From Patescibacteria group bacterium (GTDB lineage: Bacteria > Patescibacteriota > Patescibacteriia > SG8-24 > DYFX01), in the NCBI GenBank assembly GCA_030583805.1, contig CP129476.1, positions 437,453-501,452 of the forward strand: a DNA stretch of 64,000 nt, in the 5' to 3' direction. Below the pieces are notes generated by a model. The model did not search any database. It was not told where the DNA came from and saw only the letters and a list, made by a program, of their open reading frames with translations. Positions 17,079 through 27,089 of this stretch are shown here, one piece after another; positions within the stretch are counted from its first letter, which is position 1; each line of letters begins with the position of its first letter. Made by a program: the position numbers and the translations under genes.

Positions 17079-18800
17079 ATGTACAGCGACGCCCTGATGC
17101 AAAAAATTCTCGCCACGTCGAGCTCCCTGAAACCGCAGGAACTCAAGGAGCTTGTGGCCGCTTCCAAGGAAAAGCATGTGCGTCTCGAAGATGCCGTGCT
17201 TGAAAAGATGCCGGAGGAAACGCTTTACCGTATCGTCGCCGAATACTTCAAGGTGCCTTTTGTCGACTTGAAGGGCGTTCAGGTGCGCAAAGATTTTCTC
17301 GATCTGGTCCCCGAACCGATCGCGACGACGCACGACATCGTTCCCTTCGACAAAGGCGAGTCGCTCTTGAAGGTCGCCACGCTCGATCCGGAGGATTTGC
17401 AGACGATCGAATTCCTGAAACACAAGACAGGCCTCGAAGTGGAGGTGCACGTCACGACGCCGTTCGCCCTGCACGAGATCATCAAGCAGTACAAACGCTC
17501 GCTCAAGGCGGAGTTCGAAGACATCGCCAAGGTAACGGTGGTCGGCGAAGAGACGGACCAGCAAAAGCTCCGTGAACTGGCGCAAGACCTGCCCGTCGTT
17601 CGCATCGTCGAATCGCTGCTCGAGCACGCCGTGTTCGAAGGCGCTTCCGACATCCACATCGAACCGAGCGAACAGGATCTCGTCGTTCGCTATCGCGTCG
17701 ACGGCATTTTGCGCAACGTCATGACGCTGCCCAAGAACGCCCAGGCCGGCATCTTGGCGCGCGTCAAAGTGCTTTCGAATCTCAAGCTCGACGAGCACCG
17801 CCTGCCGCAAGACGGCCGCATGAAGATCAGCGGCGCCAATTACAAATACTCCGTCCGCGTATCGACCCTGCCGGTCATGGACGGCGAAAAGGTCGTGATG
17901 CGTCTCCTCTCCGAGACGGCCCAAGCGCTCTCGCTCGAGCAGCTCGGTTTCAACAACAAGCATCTCGAAGCGGTTCGACGGAACATCGCCAAGCCGCACG
18001 GCATCATTTTCGTGACCGGACCGACAGGTTCGGGAAAAACGACGACGCTCTATTCGATCTTGTCGCTGCGCAACACGCCGGGCGTCAACATCTCGACGAT
18101 CGAAGACCCGGTCGAATACCGCATGAACGGCGTGAACCAATCGCAAGTCAATCCGAAGATCGGCTTCACGTTCGCCGTCGGTCTCCGCACGCTGCTGCGC
18201 CAAGACCCGAACATCATCATGGTCGGCGAAATCCGCGACGGCGAAACCGCCGAAATCGCGACGAACGCGGCTATGACCGGCCACTTGGTCTTCGCCACGC
18301 TCCACACGAACGACTCCGTCACCTCGCTCCCCCGCCTCGTCGACATGGGCGTGCCGCGCTTCCTTGTCGCTTTCACCTGCAACATGATCATTGCGCAGCG
18401 TCTCGTGCGCAAAGTCTGTAAAGATTGCAAACAGCCGTACAAGCTTTCGAAAGCGCAGCTCAAGGAAATCTCCGAGCTTTACGACATCGAGGTCGTCACG
18501 GCGGCCATGCAACGCGACGGCTTCCTGGAAAAAGGCGAAACGCTCGACAAGGTTGATTTCTTCCGCGGCGCGGGCTGCAAACAATGCAGCGACAGCGGGT
18601 ATAAAGGCCGCGTCGGTATTTATGAAGTTCTGGAAATCACCAAGCCGATTCAGGATCTCATCAGTAAGAACGGATCGAACTCCGAGATCATCGCCACCGC
18701 CGATAAAGAGGGCATGATCGGCATCGTGGAGGACGGCTTTTCGAAAGCGATCAAGGGCGTAACGTCGGTCGAAGAAGTCATGCGCGTCACGCAGGAATAA
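17079..18800 (+). CDS. pilB: Type IV pilus assembly ATPase PilB (GspE family)
   Basis: T2SSE N-terminal domain, Walker A GPTGSGKTTTLY, Asp box, His box, and a CxxC...CxxC zinc tetracysteine. ATG at 17079; the upstream 234 codons in the ORF track are antisense to mraY. Confidence 0.85.
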   Translation: MYSDALMQKILATSSSLKPQELKELVAASKEKHVRLEDAVLEKMPEETLYRIVAEYFKVPFVDLKGVQVRKDFLDLVPEPIATTHDIVPFDKGESLLKVATLDPEDLQTIEFLKHKTGLEVEVHVTTPFALHEIIKQYKRSLKAEFEDIAKVTVVGEETDQQKLRELAQDLPVVRIVESLLEHAVFEGASDIHIEPSEQDLVVRYRVDGILRNVMTLPKNAQAGILARVKVLSNLKLDEHRLPQDGRMKISGANYKYSVRVSTLPVMDGEKVVMRLLSETAQALSLEQLGFNNKHLEAVRRNIAKPHGIIFVTGPTGSGKTTTLYSILSLRNTPGVNISTIEDPVEYRMNGVNQSQVNPKIGFTFAVGLRTLLRQDPNIIMVGEIRDGETAEIATNAAMTGHLVFATLHTNDSVTSLPRLVDMGVPRFLVAFTCNMIIAQRLVRKVCKDCKQPYKLSKAQLKEISELYDIEVVTAAMQRDGFLEKGETLDKVDFFRGAGCKQCSDSGYKGRVGIYEVLEITKPIQDLISKNGSNSEIIATADKEGMIGIVEDGFSKAIKGVTSVEEVMRVTQE

Positions 18801-18801
18801 C

Positions 18802-19899
18802 ATGCCAGGCCTCAACACGAACATTCCAATCGAAAAGATCTTCCGCCGTTTCATGCGGATCAAGCTTCCGCAGAAGATTTTCTTTACCGAAAACTTGCGC
18901 GTGATGATCAAGGCGGGTCTTTCCCTGACGGAAGCCCTGCATACGCTGGCGCTTCAGACGGAGCACAAAGGCTTCCGATCGATCATCGAAGAGCTGAACT
19001 CCGACGTCGAACAGGGTAAGAACCTCTCGCAAGCGCTGAGCCGCTTCAAGAACGTCTTCGAGCCCATTTTCATCAACATGATCGCCGCCGGCGAAGTATC
19101 GGGCACGCTTGAAAAAACGCTCGAGCAGCTGACGGTGCAGATGCGCAAGGACTACGAGCTCGTCTCGAAGGTGAAAAGCGCGATGACGTATCCGATCGTC
19201 GTCCTCTCGGCCACCGTGCTGATCGGCATCGGCATGATGATTTTCGTCGTGCCGCAAATCCTTTCGATCTTCGAGGAAATGGGCGACGTCGAGCTGCCCT
19301 TGCCGACCCGGATCCTGATCGCCGCCACCGACATCATGAAACACGACTGGCCGTTCCTGATCATCGGCACCATCGCGATCGTCGGCGCCTTCCTTTGGTC
19401 GATCAAGCGCCCGCTCGGCAAGCGCGTCTGGCACAAATTCCTGCTCATCCTCCCGATCATCGGCCCGATTATCCAGAAGATCAACCTCGCGCGCTTTACG
19501 CGCACGCTCTCGTCGCTTTTGCGCACGGACATCCCGATCGTCCAAGGCCTGACGATCACGTCCGACATCGTCCGCAACGTCTATTATCACGATGCCTGCC
19601 TGGCCATGTCCGAAGCGGTCAAGAAGGGCGAGACCATTTCGCACGTCCTTGAACAGTCCCCGAAACTGTTCCCGCCGCTCGTGATTCAAATGACGGCGGT
19701 CGGCGAGCGCGCCGGTACCGTCGATCAGATGCTTGAAGAAATCGCCGAGTTCTATGAAAAGCAGGTCGACGGCATCATGGGCAGCCTTTCCTCGATCATC
19801 GAGCCGATTCTCATCATTTTCTTGGGCGGCGCCGTCGGCGGCATCGCGCTCGCCATCATCACGCCGATCTATTCGCTGACGACGCAGTTTGGGCAATAG
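18802..19899 (+). CDS. pilC: Type IV pilus inner-membrane platform protein PilC (GspF family)
   Basis: Two T2SSF repeats (e.g. GLSLTEAL...AGE.SG.L, LLRTDIPIVQGL...AVGERAG) and 3 TM segments. Confidence 0.8.
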   Translation: MPGLNTNIPIEKIFRRFMRIKLPQKIFFTENLRVMIKAGLSLTEALHTLALQTEHKGFRSIIEELNSDVEQGKNLSQALSRFKNVFEPIFINMIAAGEVSGTLEKTLEQLTVQMRKDYELVSKVKSAMTYPIVVLSATVLIGIGMMIFVVPQILSIFEEMGDVELPLPTRILIAATDIMKHDWPFLIIGTIAIVGAFLWSIKRPLGKRVWHKFLLILPIIGPIIQKINLARFTRTLSSLLRTDIPIVQGLTITSDIVRNVYYHDACLAMSEAVKKGETISHVLEQSPKLFPPLVIQMTAVGERAGTVDQMLEEIAEFYEKQVDGIMGSLSSIIEPILIIFLGGAVGGIALAIITPIYSLTTQFGQ

Positions 19900-19900
19900 C

Positions 19901-20830
19901 ATGAACACGCGCGGCCTCACCCTCATTGAAACCATCATCGGCATCGGAATCGTCTCGATGCTCGTGTTCGTGTTCGCGGTGTCGCTCACGGCCGCGGTGT
20001 TCGCGCAACGCATCAAGCTGCGCAACATGGCCGCCGTACTCGCCGACCAGCAGCTTTCGGCGCTCCGCACGTACAGCGTGAGCCAGTTGTCGGATCAGAC
20101 CAACGGCCCGCTCATCGGCGTCCTCTTCACGCAAGGCTCGTTCACGACCGTTGTTGATGAAACCGCCCCGTCGCAAGCGTTGGCATTGCACGCCGCCACG
20201 TCGACGGCAAGCGGACTCAGCGCCGTCCTTCCGCTTCCGAAGAACGCGTACAACGATTTCACGTTGACGACGAAGCTGAAAGTCAACGGCGGCTCGCCGT
20301 CATCGTGGCGCGCAGGACTCCTCTTCCGCGGCCAAGATCTGCAAAATCATTACGAAGCATACCTGACATCGTCATCGCTTGTTTTGAAGAAAGTCGTAAA
20401 CGGCGTCGAAACGACGCTCTATTCCGACGCGCGCGCCATTTCCTACGGCAGCTGGCAGACCTTGGCCGTCACGACGGCGGGATCATCGATCAGCCTGATC
20501 CTGAACGGCACGACCGTCACGACGGTGAACGACGCGACGTTCTCTGTCGGCAAGGCGGCGCTGGTCGTCTGGAACGGCGCCTCCGTCAATTTCGACGACG
20601 TTTCGATCGGCGGCGACGGCTGGGATTTCGACACGACGGCAATCGGCACGTTGCACGACGACTGGCTGCGTTTCGGACTCGGCGATTTGCCGAACGGCAC
20701 GAGCACCTTGACGGTCGCTTCTCCCTACGGCGACACGACCATTAAATCCTTCACGGTGAACGTATCGTGGACGGACCGCTCCGGCACGACGCAGCGCACG
20801 CTGAGCCAAAGCACCTATGGCGGCAATTAA
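19901..20830 (+). CDS. Prepilin-type N-terminal domain protein (pilin/pseudopilin) with about 250-aa C-terminal beta-rich domain
   Basis: Class III leader MNTRG|LTLIETIIGIGIVSML with a hydrophobic helix. ATG at 19901, just after the pilC stop. Confidence 0.6.
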   Translation: MNTRGLTLIETIIGIGIVSMLVFVFAVSLTAAVFAQRIKLRNMAAVLADQQLSALRTYSVSQLSDQTNGPLIGVLFTQGSFTTVVDETAPSQALALHAATSTASGLSAVLPLPKNAYNDFTLTTKLKVNGGSPSSWRAGLLFRGQDLQNHYEAYLTSSSLVLKKVVNGVETTLYSDARAISYGSWQTLAVTTAGSSISLILNGTTVTTVNDATFSVGKAALVVWNGASVNFDDVSIGGDGWDFDTTAIGTLHDDWLRFGLGDLPNGTSTLTVASPYGDTTIKSFTVNVSWTDRSGTTQRTLSQSTYGGN

Positions 20831-20831
20831 T

Positions 20832-21392
20832 ATGCGGCGACCTGGATTCACCCTGCTCGAACTCATCGTTACCATGTCCATCGCCGGACTCATGTTCATG
20901 ATTGTCGGCGGGATCTTCTTGGCGCAAGGCCGGTACCTCGCGATTGAAGATGCGATCAACGAGACGCAGTATCACGCGTTTCAGGCCCTCGACGCGGCGG
21001 GGCTCTACACCAGCAGCGCGAAGCGCGTCGTGAGCAGCATGACGATCAACGGCCAACCTTATACGACAAGCACCTCGACCGTCATCCTGGAACTCCCATC
21101 GATCGATTCCAACGGTACCGTGCTCGGCAACACGTTTGATTACGTCGCCATCGGAAAAGATCCTACAGATCCCACAAAATTCATCTACGACATCGACGCT
21201 GCCGTCGGCTCCGTCCGCTTGAACGGCAAATTTTCGAAAGCGTCGTTGATCGACAAGGTCATTTTCCGCTATAATACCGTTGATCCCGCAAGCGCGACCG
21301 CTATCGAGCTGTATGTGCGCACGGCGGAAACGATTCGTGGCCGCACCATCACGACGCCGCTCGGCAAGATTTACTATCTCCACTCGTCCTAA
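20832..21392 (+). CDS. Type IV pilin-like protein (candidate major pilin)
   Basis: Leader MRRPG|FTLLELIVTMSIAGLMF. From the ORF-track arithmetic the MRRPG ATG is at 20832-20834; line-label indexing puts it at 20833, so there is a +/-1 uncertainty. About 187 aa. Confidence 0.6.
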   Translation: MRRPGFTLLELIVTMSIAGLMFMIVGGIFLAQGRYLAIEDAINETQYHAFQALDAAGLYTSSAKRVVSSMTINGQPYTTSTSTVILELPSIDSNGTVLGNTFDYVAIGKDPTDPTKFIYDIDAAVGSVRLNGKFSKASLIDKVIFRYNTVDPASATAIELYVRTAETIRGRTITTPLGKIYYLHSS

Positions 21393-21396
21393 ACCT

Positions 21397-23181
21397 ATGC
21401 CCAGGAGGGGGAAACAAGGGCAGGTGCTGGTATTGTCGGCGGTCATGCTGACCGTGGTTTTAGGCTTGGTCGGATCGTTCATCACGTATCTTGGCGGCGT
21501 ACGAAAAGCGACCAATACGTTCTCGGCACGCGCGCACGCCAGACAAGCCGCGGAAGCCGGCATTCAAAAAGCCGTTTGGTGCCTGAATCAACCGAACGGC
21601 AACGACTGCGGCGGAAGTTACGGATCGGATTTCGTCGGCGAAACCGGCGTCTCGATTGGTTCCGCTGTCTACTCGACGACGATTTCAACCATCAACGCCA
21701 GCTTAAAGACGGTCACGGCTACGGGCTATTACCCCTCGATCGCCGCGCCGATCGCGAAAGTGACGCTCAAGGCCGATGCCGGCATCGACACGACGCAGGC
21801 CAGTTTTTTTTACGGCGTACAATCCGGTAACGGCGGCTTTGTGCTCAACAACAACGCGTACGTCGTCGGAAACATGTACGCGAACGGCGACGTGATCGGT
21901 TCGAACGGCGCCTACGTGACCGGCACGGTCTACGTCGCCGGCGGCACAGCGCTCTCGCCCGATCAAGAGCAAGCGACCGTCAATGCCGATTACGAGTTCG
22001 GTCGCGTTTCGCCGACCCTCGATATCGCGCAGTCCTTCGAGATCTCGGATGACAACGTCATAAACAAGATCTCTCTCTACATCAAAAAGAACGGCAACCC
22101 CTCGAACGCCACCGTACGCATCCTTGCCGACAACAGCGGCGTGCCGTCCAAAACGGTCGTCGGCACCGCCACGCTTACCGCCTCGTCCGTTTCAACGAGC
22201 TACAGCTGGGTTGATGTCTCGTTCACCTCACCGCCCCCGCTGGTCGGCGGCCAACGCTACTGGCTCTTGGTCGACGCGGGCTCGAACGGCTCGCATTATT
22301 GGACGATCGGCAGCCAAACCAATAACGGGTACGGCAACGGCGTGGGGATGGTCTCGGCCAACTGGAACGCTTCGACGCCGGTCTGGAACGACGCCGGTCG
22401 CGATTACGCTTTTCAAATTTGGACAGGCGGCGTCACGACAAAGATCGACACCGTACACGTCTACCTGGACGCGCATGCCAACACGATCGTCGATAGTACG
22501 GTCGACGGCGACGCCTATTACCAAACGCTGACGAACACGACGGTGAACGGCACCTCGTATCCTGGTTCCGCCGACCCGGGTCCGGCTGATCTTCCGATTT
22601 CTGACAACGAAATCGACAGTTGGAAGACGATCGCGGCGAGCGGCGGCACGATCGCCGGCGACGTCACGTATGACGGCACGACGGGCACGCTCGGACCGAA
22701 GAAAATCACCGGAAACCTGACGGTCATCAACGGCGCAACCCTGACGCTGAACGGCACGGTCCACGTTGAAGGCAACGTGACGTTTCAAAACAACGCCATC
22801 ATCAAACTCGCGTCCGGATACGGATCAAATTCCGGCGTCATCGTGGCGGACGGTAAAATTGCGATCAATAACAACGTGAGTTTTCAAAATTCAGGGACGA
22901 CGGGTTCCTATATCCTGATGCTGACGACCAACACGTCGATCGACCCCGTGAGCCCGGCCATGTTGCTGGCCAACAATAGCGATAACTCCATCTTTTACGC
23001 CTCAAAAGGCATGGTTGCGATCGGCAACAACGCCGTGGTCAAGGAAGTGACCGCTTTCAAGCTTTCCCTCGACAATAACGCTTCTGTACAATATGAGAGC
23101 GGCCTGGCCAACGTGAATTTTACGAGCGGGCCGGGCGCAAGCTGGATCCGCAGGAGCGGCACGACGCGTGAGGTTCATTGA
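21397..23181 (+). CDS. Large minor-pilin/PilX-like protein with beta-helix-like C-terminal repeats (possible pilus-tip adhesin)
   Basis: ATG at 21397. N-terminus QGQVLVLSAVMLTVVLGLVGSFITY is pseudopilin-like. Later NG/TG-rich repeats (GNMYANGDVIGSNGAYVTGTVYVAGG...). Confidence 0.45.
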   Translation: MPRRGKQGQVLVLSAVMLTVVLGLVGSFITYLGGVRKATNTFSARAHARQAAEAGIQKAVWCLNQPNGNDCGGSYGSDFVGETGVSIGSAVYSTTISTINASLKTVTATGYYPSIAAPIAKVTLKADAGIDTTQASFFYGVQSGNGGFVLNNNAYVVGNMYANGDVIGSNGAYVTGTVYVAGGTALSPDQEQATVNADYEFGRVSPTLDIAQSFEISDDNVINKISLYIKKNGNPSNATVRILADNSGVPSKTVVGTATLTASSVSTSYSWVDVSFTSPPPLVGGQRYWLLVDAGSNGSHYWTIGSQTNNGYGNGVGMVSANWNASTPVWNDAGRDYAFQIWTGGVTTKIDTVHVYLDAHANTIVDSTVDGDAYYQTLTNTTVNGTSYPGSADPGPADLPISDNEIDSWKTIAASGGTIAGDVTYDGTTGTLGPKKITGNLTVINGATLTLNGTVHVEGNVTFQNNAIIKLASGYGSNSGVIVADGKIAINNNVSFQNSGTTGSYILMLTTNTSIDPVSPAMLLANNSDNSIFYASKGMVAIGNNAVVKEVTAFKLSLDNNASVQYESGLANVNFTSGPGASWIRRSGTTREVH

Positions 23182-24284
23182 GTATGATTTTCTTTCCCGA
23201 TCCAACCACGCGCACCGTCGGGCTCGTCATCAACGAGCACGTTTTTCGCTTGATGGAGGTTCGGCGCGGCCCCTTTTATCATCGAAAACTCCGTCTCCAG
23301 CGCTACGCGGAAACCCGCATTCCGGACGGAATCGTCGTTGCCGGCGTCTTCAAAAAACCGGACGAAGCCGCCGCGCGCTTGAAGTCGTTGTTGAAAAAAG
23401 CTTTCGGCCGGATGAAAACCTGCGGCGTCGTCGTATCGCTTCCTGAAACCAGGACGTTCATCAAGGTGATCAACGTCACGAAGCCGGCGACCTTGGAAGA
23501 AGTGCCGGCGGCCGTTTCAGCCGAAGCAAGCCTGCATATTCCCGTACCCATTCAGGACCTCTATCTCGACTGGCAACCCGTTGGCGACGCGAAAGCCGTA
23601 CCCGTCGGCAAGCCGATGAGCGTGGCGATTGCCGCCGCGCCCAAGGAAATCGTCGACAGCTACGCCGCGACGCTCGAAATGGCTGGCCTGATTCCCGTTG
23701 CGTTCGAGATCGAAGCGCAATCGATCGTCCGCTGCGTCATACCGATCCATGACGATCCGGCCAAATCCTACGGCATCATCGATTTCGGCGCGACGCGCTC
23801 AAGTTTCATCGTCTACGACCACGGAACGATTCAGTTCACGGTGTCGATTCCCCTTTCTGGCGACATGCTCACGGAACGGATCGGCGCGGCGCTAAACGTC
23901 AGCCCCGAAGAGGCGGAGCGCACCAAACGCCAATGCGGCGTCGACGCGCATAAGTGCGGCACGCAGATCTGGGAGATCATGCAGCCGTTCCTGGCTGAAA
24001 TATCCGAGCGCATTCAAAACGCCATGGAGTTTTATCGCGACCATTTTACGAACGGACGCGCGCTCGATGAATTGCTGCTCTGCGGCGGCGGTGCGAACAT
24101 GGCTCGCATGGACGAATTGCTGACGGAGCTGCTCAAGATCAACGTACGCAAGGCCGATCCGCAAGTGAATCTTGACGCGAAGCACTCCAATTTGCCCGTC
24201 GAGGTGATGCTCAGCTCCACGACGGCTGTCGGGTTGGCGTTGCGGCAGCCGCTTTCCAAGGGCAAGTCCCAAAAGAAGCTATGA
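23178..24284 (+). CDS. pilM: Type IV pilus assembly protein PilM (actin-like ATPase fold)
   Basis: PilM-like order and sequence (IDFGATRSSFIVYDHG, LCGGGANM). 4-nt overlap with the upstream gene. Confidence 0.7.
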   Translation: MSMIFFPDPTTRTVGLVINEHVFRLMEVRRGPFYHRKLRLQRYAETRIPDGIVVAGVFKKPDEAAARLKSLLKKAFGRMKTCGVVVSLPETRTFIKVINVTKPATLEEVPAAVSAEASLHIPVPIQDLYLDWQPVGDAKAVPVGKPMSVAIAAAPKEIVDSYAATLEMAGLIPVAFEIEAQSIVRCVIPIHDDPAKSYGIIDFGATRSSFIVYDHGTIQFTVSIPLSGDMLTERIGAALNVSPEEAERTKRQCGVDAHKCGTQIWEIMQPFLAEISERIQNAMEFYRDHFTNGRALDELLLCGGGANMARMDELLTELLKINVRKADPQVNLDAKHSNLPVEVMLSSTTAVGLALRQPLSKGKSQKKL

Positions 24285-24835
24285 TCACGCTGAACCTCTT
24301 GCCGCCACCTCTCAAAGCGGCGCTGCGCAGGCGCGCGATTTATGCCGCGCTTGAACAGGTCATGATCGCCGCCTTCGGCTTATTGTTAACCGCTTGCGTC
24401 CTCTTGCTCTTGGTGCGCATTCGTCTTCTGCGCGTCCTTAACGACGTTCAAGGGCGGCAGATTCTTTCCGCCGAGTATCTGTCAGTCAACAAGGATATTC
24501 GGGCGCTGAACGCGCAGATCGGGCGCATCGAGCTGTTGCAAAAGATGCAAATTTCCCCAACCGCGCTCTTGCTCGACATCGGACAGCGCACGCCGGAAGG
24601 CGTACGGCTCAGCAGCATTGATTTCGACGTGTCTTCCGAATCGTTGCGCCTGAGCGGCAGAGCGCAGCGCCGCGAAGACCTCCTTGCGTATGAATCCGCT
24701 ATCAAGGCCTCGCCGTTCGTCAAAAGCCTGGATTCTCCGATCTCCAACCTCTTCCAAAAAAGCGATATTAATTTCCAGTTCAAGATCGTGCTCAACGTCC
24801 AAGCGCTGAAGGACGTTTTCAACCACGCACCATGA
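24281..24835 (+). CDS. pilN: PilN-like bitopic membrane protein
   Basis: Single N-terminal TM then a coiled-coil; position right after pilM. Confidence 0.5.
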   Translation: MITLNLLPPPLKAALRRRAIYAALEQVMIAAFGLLLTACVLLLLVRIRLLRVLNDVQGRQILSAEYLSVNKDIRALNAQIGRIELLQKMQISPTALLLDIGQRTPEGVRLSSIDFDVSSESLRLSGRAQRREDLLAYESAIKASPFVKSLDSPISNLFQKSDINFQFKIVLNVQALKDVFNHAP

Positions 24836-25392
24836 AGCTGCGCACAGCCAAAATTTTCGCTTTCGTCTTCAGCTTTGCGAGCCTGGCTGCCATGGTTGGC
24901 TTGATCGTGTTCTTGTTTCTGCCGACACTGAGAGAAAATCGATCGCTCTCTCGCGAGATCGGCGTGGCATACGGGCAGCTGGACGCTCAGTACGCGTATC
25001 GCAAGAACCTGCTGACGAATTACGACAAGGTGGCGGCGGCGCGCGAAGCGTTCCGTCATTTGGCGCAGCAATTCCTCCTTCCGGGCCGCGAGATCGACTT
25101 CATCACGTCCGTCGAGGCGCTGGCCGCCAAAAACGGCGTTGAAGAGCGCGTCAGCTTGGCAAAAAGTGAGGGCGGCCAAAGCGGCGCGCCCGAAATCACG
25201 ACCACATTCACGCTGACGTTGAACGGACCGTACCACAACGTCATGCAAATGCTCGTTGATTTGGAAAAGATGCCGACGCTTCTGCTCACGAGCGGCATGG
25301 AAATCCGACCTGGCAGCTCCGGAGAAGGACAGTCTTTTCTCTCAATTACGATACGCGGCGCGCTGGTCGGGCCGCCGAACGGACTTCTATGA
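24832..25392 (+). CDS. pilO: PilO-like bitopic membrane protein
   Basis: N-terminal TM plus periplasmic domain; position after pilN; 4-nt overlaps. Confidence 0.45.
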   Translation: MKLRTAKIFAFVFSFASLAAMVGLIVFLFLPTLRENRSLSREIGVAYGQLDAQYAYRKNLLTNYDKVAAAREAFRHLAQQFLLPGREIDFITSVEALAAKNGVEERVSLAKSEGGQSGAPEITTTFTLTLNGPYHNVMQMLVDLEKMPTLLLTSGMEIRPGSSGEGQSFLSITIRGALVGPPNGLL

Positions 25393-25658
25393 AAAAGCTC
25401 TCGCTCTACGAACTTCGGATGGCGTTCCGCAGCGTTGCGGTCGTGCTTTTTATCGCCTTTGCCGGCTTCGGCCTGTATCTCTACTCCGCCTTCAACGACC
25501 CGCTGACGGGCGACGTGCATCAAGAAGAGGTTCCCGATCTCTTGTCGATTCTTCAAGAGAAAAAAATCGAGGCGGCACTCAACCGACTCGAGACGCGTTC
25601 GAATTTGCCCGACATTCCGCCCGATCTCCCCAACCCTTTCACGACCTCGGCGCCGTAA
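25389..25658 (+). CDS. Hypothetical 89-aa single-TM protein at end of pilus operon
   Basis: TM helix VAVVLFIAFAGFGLYLY; 4-nt overlap with the pilO-like gene. Confidence 0.4.
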   Translation: MKKLSLYELRMAFRSVAVVLFIAFAGFGLYLYSAFNDPLTGDVHQEEVPDLLSILQEKKIEAALNRLETRSNLPDIPPDLPNPFTTSAP

Positions 25659-25661
25659 CGG

Positions 25662-26810
25662 TCAGCGCGCCAATGCATCATGCAAGGCGTCGATCGCGCG
25701 GTCGACGTCTTTTTCGTTCGTGGACCAGCCGAAACTGAAGCGCACGACGGATTTGGCCCGCGCTTCGCTCAATCCGAGCGCCTTGATGACCGCCGATGCC
25801 TCTCGACTGCCGGACTTGCAGGCGGAACCCGCCGCCGCCATGACGCCCGCGCGGCTGAGCAGGAGGACGATCCAGTCGTTTTCCTTTCCCGGACATTCGA
25901 TTGTCAGAATATGCGGCGCGTGCGGAGCATCCTTCGGCACGAGCAGAAGAGCTCCGGAGGGAAGCGCGTTCAAAAAGCGGGCGCGCAACGCCTGGTAGCG
26001 CTCGATCTCCTCGGGGCGCGCTTTTCGCAACGCTTCCGTCGCCGCGCCGAAACCAAGAATTCCCGAAACGTTTTCCGTGCCGGAACGCGTTCCGCGCTCA
26101 TGGCCGCCGCCGGTGAGCAGCGGCTTCAGCTGCAAGCCTTTGCGCACGACGAGCGCGCCAATCCCCTTCGGTCCGCCGATCTTATGCGCGGAAACGGTCA
26201 GGAGATCGACGTGCGTCGCAGACATCGCGAAATCCGTCGAGACGACTGCTTGCACAGCATCCACATGGAACAACGGACGCGCCGGATGCGACGACAACGC
26301 CGCGCCGATCGCCTCGATCGGCTGTCGGCTGCCGAGTTCGTTCGAAACGGCGATTACCGAAACAAGCGCCGTCTCCGGACGCACGGCAGCCAGCACGTCC
26401 TCCGCACGCACGACGCCGTCCGCGCCTGGCGGCACGATCGTCGTTTCAAGTCCTCGCGCCGCAAGAGCCTCGAACGTCTTCAGCACAGAGGCGTGCTCGA
26501 GCGCGGTCGTCACGACGTGCGACTTTTTTCCCGCATCCATGAGCGGCTCGATCACGCCGCGAAGCGCCAGATTGTTCGCTTCCGTAGCGCCGGAGGTAAA
26601 GACGACTTCAGAGGCGTCCGCCCCGAGCAGCGCAGCGACCGAAGCGCGCGCCGTTTCGATGCGCTTGCGAACGTCTTGGCCGAGCGCGTGGATTGAAGAG
26701 GGGTTTGCGTAGAAAGCGGCGGACGCCGAAAGCGCCGAGACCGTTTCCGGTCGCAGCGGGGTGCTGGCGGCGTTGTCGAGATACACGACGTCTTCCATAT
26801 TATTCGGCAA
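25662..26810 (-). CDS. Cysteine desulfurase (class V aminotransferase, IscS/NifS-like)
   Basis: YLDNAAST at the N-terminus, PLP-lysine region SAHKIGGPKGIGAL, active-site Cys loop SAGSACKSG. Alternative start at M5 (26798). Confidence 0.8.
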   Translation of the reverse strand: MPNNMEDVVYLDNAASTPLRPETVSALSASAAFYANPSSIHALGQDVRKRIETARASVAALLGADASEVVFTSGATEANNLALRGVIEPLMDAGKKSHVVTTALEHASVLKTFEALAARGLETTIVPPGADGVVRAEDVLAAVRPETALVSVIAVSNELGSRQPIEAIGAALSSHPARPLFHVDAVQAVVSTDFAMSATHVDLLTVSAHKIGGPKGIGALVVRKGLQLKPLLTGGGHERGTRSGTENVSGILGFGAATEALRKARPEEIERYQALRARFLNALPSGALLLVPKDAPHAPHILTIECPGKENDWIVLLLSRAGVMAAAGSACKSGSREASAVIKALGLSEARAKSVVRFSFGWSTNEKDVDRAIDALHDALAR

Positions 26811-27024
26811 TCACGGACGTGATCCAAGGAAACGTTTTCTTGAGCAACGGCTCGACGCCCAGCTTCAGGGTAACGGGCGTGAGCGCGCAGTGGCCGCACG
26901 CGCCGCGAAATTTCACGCCGACGGTCCCGGCCGCTTCATCGATCGCGCCAACTTCAATTTCGCCGCCGTGCGCGAGCACCGCGGGGCGGATCTGGTTCAG
27001 GATGGCGTCGATCTGTTCGCGCAT
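26800..27024 (-). CDS. NifU-like (Nfu) Fe-S cluster assembly domain protein
   Basis: 74 aa with a CGHC motif (GACGHCALT) typical of the NifU C-terminal domain. Confidence 0.7.
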   Translation of the reverse strand: MREQIDAILNQIRPAVLAHGGEIEVGAIDEAAGTVGVKFRGACGHCALTPVTLKLGVEPLLKKTFPWITSVIAE

Positions 27025-27089
27025 ATCGAAAAAGGATAGCTGTTTTTAACAAGTTTGTAAAGGCTCGCGCCGCAAAGAAAAAAGCCCGC

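Noticed and set aside
16659-18911. 750-aa minus-strand ORF antisense to pilB
   Set aside because: Only the C-terminal 125 codons (16659..17036) look like a real, hydrophobic protein with its own ATG. The remainder is antisense to the highly conserved pilB ATPase.
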